Positions 61,191 to 64,000 of a stretch of DNA of 64,000 nucleotides are shown piece after piece. The first letter of the stretch is position 1. Each line of letters begins with the position of its first letter. The position numbers and the translations under genes were made by a program. Below the pieces are notes generated by a model. It was given only the letters and a program-made list of their open reading frames with translations. It was not told the origin of the DNA and made no database searches. The stretch is taken from positions 34,357 to 98,356 of the forward strand of contig CBDCXE010000006.1 in NCBI GenBank assembly GCA_965223725.1. Reading direction: 5' to 3'. Source of the DNA: Nitrospinota bacterium (GTDB taxonomy: Bacteria > Nitrospinota_A > UBA7883).

Positions 61191-62237
61191 TCAATCATAA
61201 ACCTGAAACAGCTTTGCGTCTTGGCCCTTGCCAGAGCATATATGGCATTGGTTGTTTCTGACTCCAGACTCCTCTGGATAGTGGTATGAGACCCCACAAG
61301 TGTAGCATCGTTTCCTGGTTAAAACCAACCGGCTCCGATCTAGGGGCGCAATACTTAGCAGATGTATCGCATCCTTATCACAAATATCCAGGCACAATCC
61401 ACAACCTGTGCAGTTGCCGGCATCTATCCGGTACGCTTCATTTTGGCTGTCGCGATCCAGAGATATGGCGCCATGGGGGCAAACGCTTATGCATGCGTCA
61501 CAACCGACACAATCTTGTGGCAAAAATTCCGGTACATGAACATACAGCGCGGCAAGCGTCGGTGAGGCGTCCGGCAAGCCAGGATACGCCATATTGTCGG
61601 AACTGCTGTTTTCAACTATTTCTGATGTAACGGAGCTGAAATATTTGGCCATGCTCTGAAAAAACCGACGTTTGCTTTTGTCCGTCGGTCCCAACGGCAA
61701 CGCCTTATCATACCGGTTTTGCCATTGGTTACTGGACAAGGTTTCCATATGGAGAGGCTTTGCGCCACGGGATTTCAGAAGCGCATTTGCTTTATCGATT
61801 TTATTTTGTAAAGAATCAGCATTGCCACGGGCGCAATCTGCACATCTGCCTGACGCAACTACGAGACGCTCGCCTTCTCTTCCATATAACCAAAACAGGT
61901 CTCTGAGTCCAAGGGCATGGACACAGGGTAGTAGCGCGTCACCTTTTTCTTCCAGTTGATCGCAAGCTGCAAAAGCGCTTGGGCCGCCTGTCTCTTCCCG
62001 AATATCCAGTTGCAAGGTGGGCAATGCAATAACATTTTCTGGACAAGCGGGCACACACAAACCACAACCGTCACACTTTTGCTCGTCAAACAGCAACGCG
62101 TCCTCATCAAGCAACAACGCGCCATGTGGGCAGACAACACAACATTCTGCGCAGCTTGCATTCGGGCACAATGAATGCACACAACGTTTGGTGTTTAGTT
62201 CGATCATGTTTCTATTGGCGCCATCATAGCTGTTCAA
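61191..62237 (-). CDS. Polyferredoxin / 4Fe-4S binding protein
   Basis: CAECCVVCP, CDGCGLCVPACP, CVGCDACISVCP, CTGCGLCLDIC and further Cys clusters. Confidence 0.85.
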   Translation of the reverse strand: MNSYDGANRNMIELNTKRCVHSLCPNASCAECCVVCPHGALLLDEDALLFDEQKCDGCGLCVPACPENVIALPTLQLDIREETGGPSAFAACDQLEEKGDALLPCVHALGLRDLFWLYGREGERLVVASGRCADCARGNADSLQNKIDKANALLKSRGAKPLHMETLSSNQWQNRYDKALPLGPTDKSKRRFFQSMAKYFSSVTSEIVENSSSDNMAYPGLPDASPTLAALYVHVPEFLPQDCVGCDACISVCPHGAISLDRDSQNEAYRIDAGNCTGCGLCLDICDKDAIHLLSIAPLDRSRLVLTRKRCYTCGVSYHYPEESGVRNNQCHICSGKGQDAKLFQVYD

Positions 62238-62408
62238 GCAAAGGCGCTAACCTTGATATGCATCTGTTTGTGACCCGGATGAAATAATAAAATGAAATGA
62301 AAAGTAAATTATTTCAATATAAAGAGCATTATACCAAAATAACTTTTCAAAAGGTTCAGGATTCAGGAAACCTGATAACCATAACAGCGCTCTTTATTTA
62401 CGAACCCC

Positions 62409-63119
62409 TCAGGGGCCACTGCTCAACAGCTCTGGCCGGGCATACCCGGACATGGCGGTGATCATGTTACGTTGTTCATTAAGATAAGCCACCGTCAACA
62501 TGGCCAGCCCTTTATAAAACGATGATGCGTCGCTGTCGACCACCCGCTCCGCGAACGCATGTATCCACAGCAGTAAATGCTCATCAAGAAACCGCGCCAC
62601 TTCCTCAATCGGCACAGCCGCTTCTTTGCACAACAGATGGGCAGCGAATTCCAGCTGCAACGCAATATGGTCATCCGGTTGGTCACGCCAGTTTTTAACT
62701 ACCATTTCATAATGTTTATACCACGCGCGGACAGAGAACATCGCCTCCTGACGCTCCAGATGGTCTTCATCCAGCCATACAGATTCATAAGGTGACGCTC
62801 GAAAACGATGGGTCAGGTAAATGTCAGCATAGTCCGCGGCAAGACTATCTATATATGCTTTCTCGGTTTGCTGGTCCGCAAGCGCCAGGCCTTTATCTAT
62901 AAGTGATATGCCCTCTTTAGCCAGCGAGCTATTCAGAACCAGCCCCAGCAACGACGCAAAAGGATAGATGCGTAAATCACGAATCATCCCTACGGTCAGT
63001 TCTGTACTATGAAGAAATGCCAATAGTTGCAAATCGGCGGCGGCCGCGCCCCACAGGCTGTTTAAACTGGGTTCGACCTGCTTGCATTCGGATGTTTCAT
63101 GGTTGGCGGCGAGACTTAT
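62409..63119 (-). CDS. TorD/DmsD-family molybdoenzyme maturation chaperone
   Basis: SPYESVW, PDDHIALQLEF, FLDEHLLLW. The frame is open upstream of TTG 63032 to an ATA at 63119 preceded by SD AGGGAG; start uncertain. Confidence 0.85.
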   Translation of the reverse strand: MSLAANHETSECKQVEPSLNSLWGAAAADLQLLAFLHSTELTVGMIRDLRIYPFASLLGLVLNSSLAKEGISLIDKGLALADQQTEKAYIDSLAADYADIYLTHRFRASPYESVWLDEDHLERQEAMFSVRAWYKHYEMVVKNWRDQPDDHIALQLEFAAHLLCKEAAVPIEEVARFLDEHLLLWIHAFAERVVDSDASSFYKGLAMLTVAYLNEQRNMITAMSGYARPELLSSGP

Positions 63120-63781
63120 TTTACGACTCCCTTTTTGTGCGCTACAAACCTGATGGATGGGTTTGTCAGCTCCGGGTTAGCCATCGATCTGACCTGACGG
63201 ACCACATGGTCATCTGGTCCTACTGCTTTGGTATCGTATGATCCATCGCTAATCTGGTCGATAGGCCCCACGTCCAGCACGCGCATCAGGCAGGCCATGA
63301 CGCAATATGGTTTCCGGCCAGCATCGATTTCGTCGACGCAGAAATTGCATTTGGAGACGATATTCTGCTCTGGTATAAATTGCGGCGCCCCATACGGGCA
63401 GGCAGCCTCGCATCGGCGGCACCCAATACACAACGTCGAATCGATATCGACGATACCGTCGGCTGTCCGTTTAAATATTGCCCCGGTTGGGCATGTGGGC
63501 AAACAGGCCGGCTCAGCGCAATGGTTGCAGGACATATTAACCTTGTAGGCATACAGGTCTGGATATGCGCCGCCTTCAACATAGGTAACTCTGCGGAAAC
63601 GAGGACCAGGCGCTAGACCGTTTTTATCCTTGCAGGCGATCTCGCACGATCGGCAACCAATGCACTCTGTATTATTATGAATAAAACCAAGCTGCTTCCC
63701 TGGCTTCACCGGGGTATAGACTACCCGTTGCTTTCTTTTTACAACAGCAACGGCGCCCTCTTTGTTGGCTTTTTCTGTCAT
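63116..63781 (-). CDS. DMSO-reductase-family four-cluster Fe-S subunit (DmsB-like)
   Basis: CIGCRSCEIACK, SCNHCAEPACLPTCP, CIGCRRCEAACPYGAP, KCNFC..PYCV.AC; TNPS near the C-terminus. Confidence 0.9.
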   Translation of the reverse strand: MTEKANKEGAVAVVKRKQRVVYTPVKPGKQLGFIHNNTECIGCRSCEIACKDKNGLAPGPRFRRVTYVEGGAYPDLYAYKVNMSCNHCAEPACLPTCPTGAIFKRTADGIVDIDSTLCIGCRRCEAACPYGAPQFIPEQNIVSKCNFCVDEIDAGRKPYCVMACLMRVLDVGPIDQISDGSYDTKAVGPDDHVVRQVRSMANPELTNPSIRFVAHKKGVVK

Positions 63782-63791
63782 TGGGCTATTC

Positions 63792-64000
63792 TCACTTTTT
63801 ATGCTGAGGGTTGCGGCGAAAGACATGGGAGCGGGAAGTGGCCAGCTTGTCCCAGCCGGGCTTGTGTTCCAGGTTGGACTTCTTTATTTTTGCAAGCCCT
63901 GTATTGAAAGCAAACGCTCCCGCCGGGCTGGGGGTATCGCTGGTCAGGAAGTTGGCGTTGCCGCCCCGGTCCACCCCGTTTTCATCCAGATCCATCCATG
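63792..64000 (-). CDS. C-terminus of a molybdopterin oxidoreductase catalytic subunit (DmsA-like); truncated by the window
   Basis: WMDLDENGVDRGGNANFLTSD.PSP resembles the DmsA-type domain IV end; directly upstream of the dmsB-like and torD-like genes. Confidence 0.75.
   Translation of the reverse strand, partial: WMDLDENGVDRGGNANFLTSDTPSPAGAFAFNTGLAKIKKSNLEHKPGWDKLATSRSHVFRRNPQHKK

Noticed and set aside
63060-63100. Programmed -1 frameshift at TTTAAAC joining ATG 63100 to the torD-like frame
   Set aside because: The heptamer is not in X_XXY_YYZ phase for the ATG frame (it reads GTT TAA), and that ATG has no SD

Overview
Chromosomal window of a diderm (LPS-producing) bacterium. Gene order and content suggest a Nitrospinota/Nitrospirota/Desulfobacterota-like lineage; this is an inference only. 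Housekeeping genes (hflKC, argCJ, rplM-rpsI, yggS-proC-yggT-yggU, lptF, tag, recA, kdsC, tilS, secA, thyX, gltX) are interleaved with accessory modules. (1) A cobalamin riboswitch ahead of bluB; bluB is missing from the ORF track. (2) A secreted 15-aa-repeat fibre/adhesin gene with a peptidase-S74 chaperone, split by an in-frame TAG and coupled to an uncalled CxxU Rdx/SelW selenoprotein with a SECIS hairpin. (3) A lone ftr (H4MPT C1 pathway). (4) A putatively sigma54-driven porin / small binding protein / histidine kinase triad. (5) A corrinoid methyl-transfer cassette (two Zn-thiol MT2-type methyltransferases, corrinoid protein, RACo activator, oxidoreductase), divergent from a homocysteine methyltransferase-MTHFR fusion. 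(6) A degenerate hybrid kinase (in-frame TGA), an HD-GYP regulator and a standalone B12-binding protein. (7) The most striking locus: a DMSO-reductase-family molybdoenzyme operon with no membrane anchor visible in the window, a heme-c/Cys-PAS sensor kinase with its sigma54 activator, and a porin-cytochrome conduit (12-heme lipoprotein with a poly-Asp tail, Lys-rich 30-heme cytochrome, beta-barrel) behind a sigma54 promoter with tandem enhancer-like palindromes. Three separate coding lesions can each be explained by a single sense-strand G-to-A change. No rRNA, tRNA, CRISPR array or mobile element was recognised.
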